From NCBI RefSeq assembly GCF_009914755.1, contig NC_060938.1: a stretch of 64,000 nucleotides of DNA; one strand, 5' to 3'. The notes below the pieces were generated by a model. The model saw only the letters and a program-made list of their open reading frames with translations. It was not told where the DNA came from and searched no databases. Shown here one piece after another: positions 16,515-30,570 of this stretch; the stretch's first letter is position 1, and every line of letters starts with the position of its first letter. The position numbers were made by a program, and so were the translations under genes. The stretch is from the human T2T-CHM13v2.0 reference genome, Homo sapiens.

Positions 16515-19168
16515 ATGTGTGTTTGTTTTTAACTGACAAGACCAGAAAAGGCTGAGGATGAAAACCACATATAATCTCACCCCTGCTGCAAGTTCAGGGT
16601 GTGTTTCCTTCCAGTTTCTTTTCCTTAATACACCTAGACGCAACTGAAAATACAGTTTTGGTTTCTTGCCTTCTGATTTTGTGCGAATATATTTGTGACT
16701 TTCAGTTTTTTCCCTAGAGCCCAGAGCCAAGGAATGTCTAGTTAAGGCTAAAGATTTACTGGGTTTCCAGTCCGCTGGATGATCTTGTAGTTACAGGAAG
16801 TTCATGAGGCATATATGTTTCTTATCATTAGTGTCATCAGTTTTATTTGTTTGGCATGCCACTCATTTTCCTATGAGAAGAATGCAACAAATGTCCAAAG
16901 AGTTGCACCAGGCCTGCTTTTGAGATAGGGATGATGTTGCTGAAACTCAGCTATTGACTTGCAGGCTGAGTGCCATGTGATGGCTCACAGTGTGCCTTCA
17001 TGAGCCGACGTAAGAAAGTCCAAATTCGGACTTGGAAAAGCCAGCGTTCGAAAGTGCAGGCTATATAAGGTGTAATCTTGGACTTTAAGAGCTTACCAGT
17101 TAGTCAAGGCCAGAAAACTAACATAAGGAGGAGCAATTCAGCCCTCAACTATATTCAGCAGTTGATTACAAGCGTCCAAGGAATTTAGAGAATAGGGATT
17201 ACTCGCAGTGGTTTTCAAACATGTTACAGTGTGTATGTGTTTAATACTTCAAAAATATGTTTAGGAAAGGCATCTGTTCTGTGGCTCTTCCAAGTTTGCT
17301 TGTAACTTGCTTTTTCCTTTACATCAGATGATGAGCATTTTCCTAGTTATTAATAATTCATTGAAAACTTGACTTTGACTGACTGTGTAACAGCCTCTGT
17401 CTTTGGGATGCCACATGAATATTTATTCACTGGCCTTGTTGGATTTTTTAGTGTTTCCGTGGCATCTGGAACACTTTGCCTTTACTCATCCCCTTCCTGT
17501 CCTGCCACCAGCCCCAAGCTCCCCAGGGGTAGAGTCTGAGTTTGCCCTCAGGACCTACAGCCCAGCCTGTGATGTGGCCCAGGTTCTCTGAGGGTAGAAA
17601 GAGTGGGCATCTGGCAAGAGGTGTCCCCAGCCAACGCTCAACAGGCCTTGGGGCCAGCAAAATCGTGGCCTCAGTCTGAGGCCAGGGCAAGGATGGGCCC
17701 TTCTTTAGGGGAACTCTCGCAGCAGAGCCAAGGCTCAGTATGGTGCCTTTGGGGACTGGACCCCACAGCTTTGCCAACCAAACCACTAGGATTGCATGAC
17801 ACAGGGTTCTGTTTCTCCCCTGGCCTTGGCGTTCTCAGGCTGCAGAGAAAGTTACTCATTTCCCTTTTTTTTTTTTTTTTTGGAGCATAAAGCCCTGCAA
17901 TGCCACTGTGGTTCCCTAACAGGTCCCAAGACCCCAGGATGCAGCCCATTAGCTCCTGGCTTCCCCCACTCCTTGGAGTCACATTGGCTTTGAGAACTTT
18001 GCCCTGCCAGGGTTTGCCAGGGTGCAAACCCCAGGCCTGTCTTGGGGCAGGGAAGCTGTGTCCCAGGTACCCAGGCCGAGAGCCTATTTGCCTGAACCCG
18101 TGTCTGCTCTGTTCCTGCCAAAATCCACACCTGAGCAATGGGAAATGTTGTCTTCTGTTCTGTGCCTAATGGAGCCATCCTGTCCCGTGGCAGGCTGCCC
18201 GGCTGGTGGCCCATCCGTTTACGGGGCTCCTGTGCCCTCCTTCCTGCCTCCTCTCACTGTCTTGTATTTACACATCCTCCCATGGTTCAGGTTGTCCCCA
18301 TCTTGCCCTTGAAACTAACCTTGCCTGTGTCCCCTTCCTCAGAGGCCTGACTCTCCACTCCGGCTAAGCTAATCCACTCATGGGTGCCAAGGGGCTGACA
18401 CTGGGCCCCTGCTCTGGGCCAAGCACTGTCTCAGGTGCTGGGAATACTCAGACAGCTGAAAGATTTGACTGCCTTCTGGAAACTCTGAGTCTGGTGGGAA
18501 AGTCAGGCAAAAAACAGAGAATTACAGTCCCAGTGATGGTCACTGCTGTCACAGGCATATCAGAGCTGCAGGAACACAGGCGGGGTGGGCAAGGCCTGAG
18601 CACATCAGGGAGGCGCTACCAGACAGGTCGCATTTGACCTGAGCCCTGAAGGATGAGTAAGCATTTGCCAGGTGGAGAGGGTGGGAAAAGGATTCCACAC
18701 TGAGGGAATAGCATTAGCCAAGACCTGCTGGTGGGGCAGCGCATGGCACGTGGAGGAAGGAGTGAACGGCAGATAGAGTGGAGTGAAGACTCGGTAGATG
18801 ATGCCAGAGAAGATGTGCAGGGGCCAGTTCCTGCAGACTCGAATGCCAGGCTAAAGGGTTGAAAGCGATTCTCTACAGAGAACCACCAAGGGCCTGCCGT
18901 ATGCCCAGCCGAGGACCCCAGGAGGAGAATGGAGTAGAGGGGGCGGCTACAGCCGTGATCTGGGTGAGCAGTCATGGGGTGTCCCGGCGCCAGTGGGCAG
19001 TTCTATATGTTATCTACCCCCATGACACCACCTTCACCCACAGGAAGAGTCTGGAGGTGGGCACCGGGGGTCTCAGCTCACATGTGGGGCTGCTGCCCAG
19101 TTACCCTGGGATCAGTCTGGCTGCCTGCTTCTCCTTGCTAGGAAAACTCCCAAGGAGGCAACTTTGTT

Positions 19169-19352
19169 GGGCCTGTGTAGACATGGGCACAGTGCTTCAA
19201 ACACTCACTCCAGGGGCCTGTGTAGACATGGGCACAGTGCTTCAAACACTCACTCCAGGGTCCTGTGTAGACATGGGCACAGTGCTTCACTCACTCACTC
19301 CAGGGGCCTGTGTAGACATGGGCACAGTGCTTCAAACACTCACTGCAGGGGC
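19169..19352. repeat. 45-bp tandem repeat x4
   Basis: GGCCTGTGTAGACATGGGCACAGTGCTTCAAACACTCACTCCAGG, near-perfect copies. Confidence 0.95.
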
Positions 19353-21350
19353 CAGAACATGTATGTACTCGAGGCAAGGTGCCTGGGAGAGTGAGGCATA
19401 CATGGAGGAGCCATGCGCTGCCCAAGAAAGCAAAGGGCCCCGGCAGTCACAAAGAGCAGCTCGTCCAGGCCCTGGGAGAGGCCGCTCTGGATACCATGTC
19501 CTCGGTGACTGTGATGGGCACAGAGCTTTGCACATTGGAAAGAGTCACAGGAAAGGTTGTCATGCTTGTTAGTGTGATGAGACCTGGTCTCTCTCCACTG
19601 GCTGTGATATTCAGGCAGCCAGACACAGGGTATCTGCCCAGGACAGGGCTGGGGGGTGCACCTCAGAGGGGTGCACACAGCTGGTGGGTCGCAGTTCACT
19701 TCCGGTCTGTTTCTTCAGTCCCTTTGTCCTGGAAAGGCACCTGCTTACCCTGATTGCGTTGGTGACCCCAGCCAGCAAGATGGCAAATGCCTACATCCCT
19801 GATAGTGCCCACCTCTTAGAGCGAGCACACGCTTGGCTGCTCCAGGCCATCTTGTGAGGTCTCCTTTCAACATCAAGAGCCTGTTGTGTTGTTGCCACAT
19901 CCTGAGTTCTGGGCTGCAAGCCACCCTGCTACTCACCGATGCCGGGAGAGCAACCAAAATATGGGAAGTGTCGCAAGTTCCTATGAAGGAAGGCCGCCTA
20001 ACACGGAGGCTAAACACACAGGCTGTAGAACCAGCCCGACCTGGTCAAATCCCAGCGTCTCACTCCCCAATCCGGTGACACAGGGCGAGTGCTTTCATGT
20101 TTCTGAGCCTCTTACCCTCATCTGTGAACTGGGGGCAAGGCCTATGATCAGGGGTCGGCAAGATAACCCAGGTAAAGCAAGGAGCCCGTGGGCTCACGCG
20201 CAGCAAGAACGCCATGGATGTTTGCTCCTCTGATTATCCTTGATGTTATTTTCCATAGTTTTCTTAAGGGTGAATTCCTCCCAGGAGTGAAGAGCCCTGG
20301 GTGAAAGGCTGGCTGCACCAATTCACAAGGAACTCTGCATCTGCCTGGGTCATCCTCTGTCCAGCTCCAAACCTAGCAGGCTGAACAAGACCTGGGACCC
20401 TTGTTTCTCTCCAGGAGGAAGCTTGAGTGAACGCAGGGTGGCCTATGCACTGACTGCAATTGTTCCCAAGATGTAGCATCCCTGTGTGCTCTTTGGAGGG
20501 TCCTGAGCCTCCGTCAGATGCTTGGCAGAGTGTGGTCCCCACAGATCAAGATTGCCTGTCCCTAGCCTGCTTTGGTGGCCACAGCCATGACTGAGCCCCT
20601 GGGGACTGGGTCGGTAGAGAGGCACGCACTGGAACTCAGCTCCACGGTGCAGGAGCCTTGGCTTCCCCTGACTGGGGCAGACGACCAGCTTCTTATTTTA
20701 AGCTCGAGGTTGACTGGAGTCAGAATCACTTTGTGGTGGGTGGCTGCTCCCCGCTTGGACAGCCGGGTCTGATCTCGCTGGCCACAATCCATAGGTTCGT
20801 CCTTCCCACATATAATAACCATGGAGGCCAAAACAGGCCCAATGTTCCTTCCTCCTCGCGTGCCTGTGATGTATGTACTGTTGTGACCCCATTTTAGGGA
20901 TGACTAGACTGAGGCCTAGGAAGGTCAAACCACCTGCCCCAGAGCACCCAGCTGGTTGGCCGCAGGAATTCCAGGCCTTCCGTCCCCTGTGCTCTCACCA
21001 TGCCTTCCCCACGGCTCCAGAGCACAGTGTTGTCACCCCCCACCCTGTGTCATCAATGCCCTCCAATGTGGGCTCTCACACCAAGGAAGAGAACTGAAGC
21101 TGAGCTTATCACATCACCCCCGGCCTCACCCTACACTGCTGGGGAGGACTGAGTGGGGCTTCCCCTCTCGAGGCAGGAAGTGGTGGGAGAGGTTTGAAAG
21201 CGTCCAAGAGGGGAAAACAACCTCGGAGTAGTGAAGCAAATGCCTTGAACAGCCCTCCCACCCGTGGACCCCGCCCACAGACCCCGCCCAGCACAGCAAC
21301 ACCTAGTCCCTGGCACAGACTGACCCCCTGCCCCTCTCTTGCTTCCACAG

Positions 21351-22844
21351 GTTTCTGGGACTCCTCGCTGAATCCTCCACAAGAAAGAGGGAAGCCAGCA
21401 GAGCCCCCAAGAGACCGGGCCCCCGGATTCCCCCTAGTCTCCAGCCTCAGGCCCACAGCCCGTGACGCAAACTGTGCCTGTGAAATCGAGCTGTCGGTAG
21501 GAAATGACCGCCTGTGGTTTGTGAATCCTATTTTCATCGAGGACTGCAGCAGCGCCCTGCCCACCGACCAGCCACCTCTTGGAAATTGCCCTGCACGCCC
21601 TTTGCCGCCCACCTCTGATGCCACCTCACCCACCTCCAGGTGGGCCCCACGCCGCCCACCACCCCCTCCCCCAGTGCTGCCCCTGCAGCCCTGCAGCCCA
21701 GCCCAGCCCCCTGTGCTCCCTGCTCTTGCCCCCGCCCCTGCCTGTCCTTTGCCCACCTCTCCCCCAGTGCCTGCCCCCCACGTCACACCCCATGCCCCAG
21801 GTCCCCCAGACCATCCGAACCAGCCGCCCATGATGACCTGCGAGAGACTCCCATGCCCCACTGCAGGCCTGGGCCCCCTCAGGGAGGAAGCGATGAAGCC
21901 AGGGGCAGCCTCCAGTCCCTTGCAGCAGGTCCCCGCCCCGCCACTGCCTGCGAAGAAGAACCTTCCCACTGCCCCTCCCAGACGCCGCGTTTCCGAGAGG
22001 GTGTCCTTAGAAGACCAAAGTCCGGGGATGGCGGCAGAGGGGGACCAGCTCAGCCTGCCTCCCCAAGGGACCTCAGACGGCCCTGAGGACACGCCCCGGG
22101 AGAGCACGGAGCAAGGCCAGGACACAGAGGTGAAAGCCAGCGATCCTCACAGCATGCCAGAGCTGCCCAGGACAGCCAAACAACCCCCAGTCCCGCCCCC
22201 CAGGAAAAAACGGATCTCTCGACAACTGGCCTCGACCCTCCCAGCTCCCTTAGAGAACGCTGAGCTCTGCACACAGGCGATGGCCTTGGAGACACCCACG
22301 CCGGGTCCACCCAGAGAGGGCCAAAGCCCTGCTTCTCAGGCTGGGACTCAGCACCCTCCTGCCCAGGCCACTGCCCATTCCCAGAGCTCTCCAGAGTTCA
22401 AGGGCTCCCTGGCCTCCCTCTCAGACAGCTTGGGGGTGTCTGTCATGGCCACCGACCAGGACTCCTACTCCACCAGCAGCACGGAGGAGGAGCTGGAGCA
22501 GTTCAGCAGCCCCAGCGTGAAGAAGAAGCCCTCCATGATCCTGGGCAAGGCTCGGCACCGGCTGAGCTTTGCCAGTTTCAGCAGCATGTTCCACGCTTTC
22601 CTCTCCAACAACCGCAAGCTGTACAAGAAGGTGGTGGAGCTGGCGCAGGACAAGGGCTCGTACTTTGGCAGCCTGGTGCAGGACTACAAGGTGTACAGCC
22701 TGGAGATGATGGCGCGCCAGACCTCCAGCACGGAGATGCTGCAGGAGATTCGCACCATGATGACCCAGCTCAAGAGCTACCTGCTGCAGAGCACCGAGCT
22801 CAAGGCCCTGGTGGACCCCGCCCTGCACTCCGAGGAGGAGCTCG
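21351..22844 (+). CDS. RIN3: RIN3 large coding exon (exon 6, 1494 nt): proline-rich region and RIN-homology helical region
   Basis: Polypyrimidine tract plus ccacag|GT at 21350/21351; donor CTCG|gtcagt at 22844/22845; lies within the 617-aa ORF (GFWDSSLNPP...ALHSEEEL). Confidence 0.97.
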
Positions 22845-23494
22845 GTCAGTGCCCTGGGAGGAGGTGGCAGGGAGGAGAGGGCGGTGGGGCTCACAGACTC
22901 AGGAACCCCTTAGGACAAAAGAGGCCTATGCAGTGGACGCTGTTGGTGCCCACCCCCTATCCCTTCCTGGGCACCAGGAACTTTCTCTGGCTGCTGCAAG
23001 GTAGGCTGCTAATGGTGCCCGGCTCCCCCCCTTCCCTAGAGAATTGACCTTGACTGTATAGGATCTGTATTATCTGCACCCTCTCTTCCACCATCAGGGG
23101 CCCACTGCCAATTACTCCCTGCCATGGGGGACAAAGACTGGCCCCTTCGCCTCAAGCAGGACCACTGTGTGGTGCAGTTTATGCTCCAGGGCCCGGCGAG
23201 ATCTGGCTGAGGCTGAGTTCATCCTTGCTCAAGCTCGCTCTGCGGCTTCCCACTGCGCTCACTCTCTGTCTTCTGAGAGTCTCCGCAGTGAAATCATATG
23301 CACCCAGATCCCTCTTTCACGCTCTGCTTTCAGGGAACCAGCCCCAAACAGCTCACTCCTCTGACCACCCCTTCTAAAGTAGCCCCTAGCCTTCCCCACC
23401 CTCACCAGCCTCGAATCCAATAATTATCAAAGCTTTTCCGATTGTGGTTCACGGTGAAAAGTACTTGTGAACAACCACACGCCTACGTATATTA

Positions 23495-24321
<827 letters not shown>

Positions 24322-24622
24322 TTAGAAAAGGAGCTTCAGGTGTTCCTTTCCCAGGGCTACTGGATTTTGCTAGCAGACTCCTGAAAACGAATAGGTTTGC
24401 CAGGCCACAGGATTCATGATGGCGTTTCAGGTGTGGTGAGGGGTGATGGGATTGAGATCTGAGGCCAGTGCTGTGTGTGCGTCTGCACAGGGCCCTGTAA
24501 GCAGATAGTCGACAAAGAGTTATTGGGCACCCAACTCCGCATCAGGTGCTGGCTCAGATATAGAGACAGAGGTGAGCAAAGCACTCAAAAGTTTCTGCCT
24601 GCGGGGAGCTTACGGTCTATCA

Positions 24623-25190
<568 letters not shown>

Positions 25191-25199
25191 TTAGTGAGT

Positions 25200-25830
25200 G
25201 CATGTGGATGGAAGTGAGGTCAGGAGGCTGTTGGGGGGCAGGACCCCAAGGACCTTGTGAGCCTCTCTATCAACCTGACTTTTCCTGTATGTGAGATGGG
25301 GTCGTGCAGGGTTCACGTCCAAGGGTGAGTGACCTCACTCACATGTGAACAACGTCACTCTGGCCGTCACACCTAGTGGGAGCAGAGAGACTCAGACTCA
25401 GTGTGAGGCTACTGTCAGAGCCAAGGTGAGCAGTGAAGGTGGCTGAGACCAGGACGGAGGCAGCACAGATGGGGAGACATGATTGGATTCTGCCTGTTGT
25501 GAAGCTGGAGCCACAGGACTGGCTGGAGGCCAGATGCAGGAGTGGTAGAGGGGAGGTAGGATGTGGACGAGCATTGGCGTCCCTGGGAGGACACAGCGTC
25601 CATCCTGGGGCAGGCACTGGGGAGGAGTTGAGGAGTTCAGTTTGGGACATGACACTGGAGATGCTTATTAGATACCAGGTGGGGAGGTCGAGCGGGCCAT
25701 GGAGGGCTGAGTCTGCAGTTCTGGGGCTAAAGAGAGATGTCTGGGAACTGTCAGCACAAAAGGAGCCATGAGACTGGATGAGATCATCCGGGTCTGAGGA
25801 CTGAGCCACAGGCACCGTGCAGACCAGGAG
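25200..25830 (-). mobile_element. L2 fragment
   Basis: gagttcagtttgggacat...gagatgcttattagatacc...agtctgcagttctggg, L2-like. Confidence 0.6.
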
Positions 25831-26804
25831 GACACAGAAGGGCATGGGAGGACGTGGAAGGACATGGAAAACTCCAAGTGGCCCAGAGGAAACTGTGGTC
25901 AGCCCTGCCTTCCAGAGTTGGGGGAGTGTAAGAGCTGAGGCCCAAAGGAGGAGTCAGGGATGCTAAGCCGTGGAAAGGGTAGTGGAAGGACTTTCCTTCT
26001 GGAAAGGGATGACAGCGTGGACAAAGGCCGAGAGGTGGGGAACGAGGCTGGAGGATCACGGGCCATTCACACAGGCAGTGAAAGTCAGCCTGAGGATTTA
26101 GCCCAGAGGTGATGGAGCCCCTGAAGGGTGTGTGTGGAGGGCAGAGGAGAGGGGACAAGACAGGGGGACGGCTCAGGAGGCTGCGGCGGGGCAAGGCCAG
26201 TACCCGGTGGCCTTCAGCAGAGCAAAGGAGGTGGAGCACAAGCTGGACCTCTGCTGGAAACAGCAGGAATGACTTCAGCCTTGGGGCAGCTGGCTGGCAG
26301 GATGCAGACACACCATGGGTCCTGTTAAGGCCAAATCTGCTTCGGGCACCAAGATGTCAAGAGGTGCTAGACTTGGAGTTTGTCCTGGCAGGTGATATGG
26401 CAAAGTGTCACCAGAGCCTGCCGTGGGCACGAATGTGTGGGGCAGAGAGGTTTCCAGGCAGTGAGAGGTGGCAGCTGAGCTGAGCCACCAAGGATGGGAA
26501 GGGCTGGAGCTACAGAGATGGAGAGAAGGGCCCTTCAGCCTTTGGGAACAGGGTCAGCATCCACAGCAATGGTGCCATTCCAGACACTGCATGTGTCAGC
26601 CTCATGACTACAAACCAGACCAGATGGGCTTGGCTATTGTCATGCCCAAGAAGCCACAGCTCAGAGAGGTTTGGTGACCTGGCCATGAGGACAGAGCTGG
26701 TAGTAGAGCTGGGCTTCAGACCCAGGCAGCCCAGCCCTTTCCATGAGCTGAGTCTCTGCCTCTGCCTCTCCCTTCCAAGCTCTGCCCATGTGTGTGGCCA
26801 GTCA

Positions 26805-27153
<349 letters not shown>

Positions 27154-27959
27154 GGCCAACAGAACTCCATGCTTAGGGTGCTTCTGGTTTGATTAGGGAG
27201 ACAAGTCACAAGGAGCAACTGGATACAAAACAGTCCTGACGTGAGGCTGCTGAGGGCCCCAGACCAGAGAGGAGGTGCCAGGAAGAGATCCTGCGGCTCT
27301 TAGATGTGAAGGGGCCGGGAGGGCGTGGGCACAGCCCTCTCATTTTGCAGTTCAGGAAACAGGCCCTGGGAGGGGAAGAGACGTGGCCGAGGTCATGCAG
27401 AAGCCCAGGACAGTGGGGAAGTTCAAGTCCCTGCTCCCAGGTCAACCCCCATCTGCGCCCATCTCTGCCTGCGGAGGCTCCAATGAGGTCGGGAGGTGGG
27501 CGTGGAAGGAGGGTCAGGAACGGGGTGAGGGAAGTGAGGGCAGCCCTGTGTTCTGCTGAAGGGGAAGAGGGAGGCAGCAGCAAGGGACCCAGGATGGCCA
27601 TGGGCCAGCTCCAGGCCTGAGTGGCAGGGAAGGGCTGTCCGGGCCTCTGTTGAGACCCAGCCCCGTGGGAGCATGAGTCCCTCCCTCCTCTCTCAGGGCT
27701 AGGGCAGCACAGGTGTCTCCTTACAGGAACAGGGCTTGGGACCTCCCCTTACTCAGCCCGTAACCAAGACCCATCCCCTGGAGACAGAGGAGGGCCAAAA
27801 CAACTTCCTAAGAATATGTTTCTACAGTCACCCAAAGCAACTGGACATCCCCTTGGTATCAAGTAGACATGAGTTCAAGTCCTTGTTCAACCCCCAACCC
27901 ACTCCATGAGAGCCTAAGCTGGTCCATCCTCAGAGTGGGCATCAGAGCACATATGCCTC

Positions 27960-28540
27960 AGAGCAGTTACAAGATCAGAGCGCCAACTCCTGCTCCAAGA
28001 GCTGATCGGGAATGCCTCTCAGATAGGACGACATTCGAACAGTGAAGGAACCAGCCATGTGGACGACTGCGAGGCGACTGCACCACACAAAGGGAACCGC
28101 AGGAGCAAAGGCCCTGGGGCAGGAGCAGGCCTGGCAGTTGGCAGAGCAGCCTGAGCATGGGGAGCAAGCAAAGCAATGAGTGAGAGGTCACAGGGCCCGA
28201 TCACAGCGGGGCCTCTTAGGCCATGAGGAGTCTTTGGCTTTGATTTGATTGCATGGGAGATGGGGGCCGTTGGAGGTTTCCAAACAGAAGCATGTTACGA
28301 TCAAAGATGTCATAACAGGACAACACCAGCTGCTGTGTTGACAAGAGACTATAAGGGCCAGGGCAAAAGCTGACTGACATAACCTGGGCAAGAGATGATG
28401 GTGGTAGCCTGACCAACCCAGGTCAAGGTAGTAGCCACAGAAGTGATAAAAAAGTAAGGTTCTGGATGTACTGTATTTTTGAGACTAGAGTCAAGTGGGT
28501 GTGGGAATTGGAAGGGAGATATCAAGAATAATTCCACCAG
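27960..28540 (-). mobile_element. L2 fragment
   Basis: gcaaaggccctggggcagga...ggccatgaggagtctttggcttt...ttctggatgtactg, L2-like. Confidence 0.6.
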
Positions 28541-28929
28541 TCATTTACTGGGCATTCAGGCCATCAGCATACAGCTGCCCAGGTTGTACACTGTACAACT
28601 CCAGTGTGAGTAACACCCTCTGAAGTTATGTACTCATAGGCAGCCTTGTGAAAGTTTGCTCTCTGCCAGGCCCTGTGAAAAGCATCAGGATACAATGACC
28701 AGTTAGCATTAGTTCCCAGGGGCTCCTGTGCCAGTGCCTTTCCAGTGTGGCTTTCTCTTGAATAAACTGTGCTCTCTCATGTGTCAGAACCACAGGGTAT
28801 AACTGCTGGGGCTGTGAGTGTCCTTCCAGGGGCCAGGGCATGGGGATGGCTGTGCTGTTGGGCAACAGAACCAGGTGGCAGGATCCCTGCATCTGGTTTC
28901 CTCACCCTCGCTCTCTTGTTTACCTGCAG

Positions 28930-29238
28930 AAGCAATTGTAGAGTCTGCCTTGTACAAATGTGTCCTGAAGCCCCTGAAGGAAGCCATCAACTCATGCCTG
29001 CATCAGATCCACAGCAAGGATGGTTCGCTGCAGCAGCTCAAGGAGAACCAGTTAGTGATCCTGGCCACCACCACCACTGACCTAGGTGTGACCACCAGCG
29101 TGCCGGAGGTGCCCATGATGGAGAAGATCCTGCAGAAGTTCACCAGCATGCACAAGGCCTACTCACCTGAGAAGAAGATCTCCATCCTGCTCAAGACCTG
29201 CAAACTCATCTACGACTCCATGGCCCTCGGCAACCCAG
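28930..29238 (+). CDS. RIN3: RIN3 coding exon 7 (309 nt), start of VPS9 domain
   Basis: Acceptor ctgcag|AA, donor CCAG|gtcagt; translates EAIVESALYKCVLKPLK...SMALGNP in frame with the flanking exons. Confidence 0.97.
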
Positions 29239-29509
29239 GTCAGTGGGCAGCCGGGAGGGGTCTGGGTGAGGAGCTCTCTTTGTATGGGTCCATGACCCCA
29301 CCCTGACCAGGACTCCAGAGCCCTTGGAAGGCCCCAGACTTTCCAGATTCAGAGCCCCCTTGGGGAGGAACTGAGTGTGGGTGGGGTGTAATTCCTGGGC
29401 CCTCTTGGAGTTACCTGGGGACTGGGAGGAGAGCCATGATCGGCTGTTGCCCTGGAGGCAAGCAAGGAAGCCAGCCCACACCTTAACTTTGTGTGAATGA
29501 GGAAAAGCA

Positions 29510-29922
29510 CTGTGTTAGTTTGCTAGGGCTGCTGAAACGATACCACAAGCTGAGTGGCTTAGCCAGCAGAAACATATTGTCTCACAGTTTTGGAGGCTGG
29601 AAGGTTCAAGATGAAGGTGTGGGCATGGCTGTGCTCCCTCTAAAGACACCAGGGAAGGTTCTGTTCCTTCCGAGCTTCTGGTAGCTCCTTGGCTTGTGGC
29701 CACAGAACTCTGATCTTCACATGGTGTGCTTCCTGTGTGCATGTCTGTGTCCCAATTTCCTCTTTTTGTAAGAACGCCAGTCAGACTGGATTAGGGGCCC
29801 ACCCCACTCCAGTGTGACTTCATCTCAGCTAATCACAACTGCAACAACCCTATTTCCAAATAAGGTTAAGGGTTAAGACTTCAACATACAAATTTTGAGG
29901 GGACAAAATTCAACCCCTAACA
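29510..29922 (-). mobile_element. MLT1C-like MaLR solo LTR
   Basis: tgtgttagtttgctagggctgc...ggacaaaattcaacccctaaca termini. Confidence 0.8.
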
Positions 29923-29924
29923 GG

Positions 29925-30570
29925 TGCCTTAAACAATTAGCATTGATTTGACGTGTAAGTCCATGGGGCATGGACAAGTATCTGATCTGGATCAGGCGTG
30001 CCTGAGCTTGCGTGGGCTTATTCATGGATCTGTGGTCAGAGGTGGGCCAGTTGGAGGCCAGATAGTCTGGGATGGCCTTGCTCACATGCTGGGTGGGTGG
30101 TTGGCTGTTGGCTGCTCTGGGACGGCCTTGCCCACATGCTGGGTGGTTGGTTGGCTGTTGGCTGCTCTGGGATGGCCTTGCCCACTTGCTGAGTGGTTGG
30201 TTGGCTGTTGGCTGGTCTAGGATGGCCTTGCTCACGTGCTGAGTGGTTGATGAGCCGTTGGCTGGTCTGGGATGGGGATGACTGAGCCACGAGTTTCTCA
30301 TCCTCCAGCAGGTTAGCACAGGCATGTGTCCATGGCAGTAGCTGGGGCCCAAGAGAAGAAGCAAAGCCTGCAAGGCCCATCGAGGCCTGGCCCTGAACTG
30401 GCATGATGTCACTCTGATGCCTTTCATTGACTTGTTTAGGCACAAGAGACCATCCCAGACTCAAGGAGTGAGGAACATTTCCCCTCTTGATGGAAAGAGT
30501 ACAAAGGCACATTGTAAAGGGTGTGGATGTGGGAGGGGAATCAGTGGGACTATTTGTAATCATTTGACTG
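29925..30570 (-). mobile_element. Older MLT1(F/G/H)-like LTR carrying the 50-bp internal repeat
   Basis: cctccagcagg...ctcttgatggaaag...cacattgtaaagggtgtggat motifs. Confidence 0.6.
30071..30272. repeat. 50-bp tandem repeat x4 inside a MaLR LTR
   Basis: GATGGCCTTGCYCACATGCTGRGTGGTTGGTTGGCTGTTGGCTGSTCTGG starting at 30071, 30121, 30171, 30221. Confidence 0.9.

Noticed and set aside
21109-22125. 338-aa antisense ORF
   Set aside because: Gly-rich mirror of the Pro-rich RIN3 exon; long stop-free stretches are expected at this GC content
21194-23047. 617-aa ORF as a stand-alone protein
   Set aside because: It is exon 6 plus intronic read-through at both ends; it starts at TTG, and strong splice sites bound the real coding part
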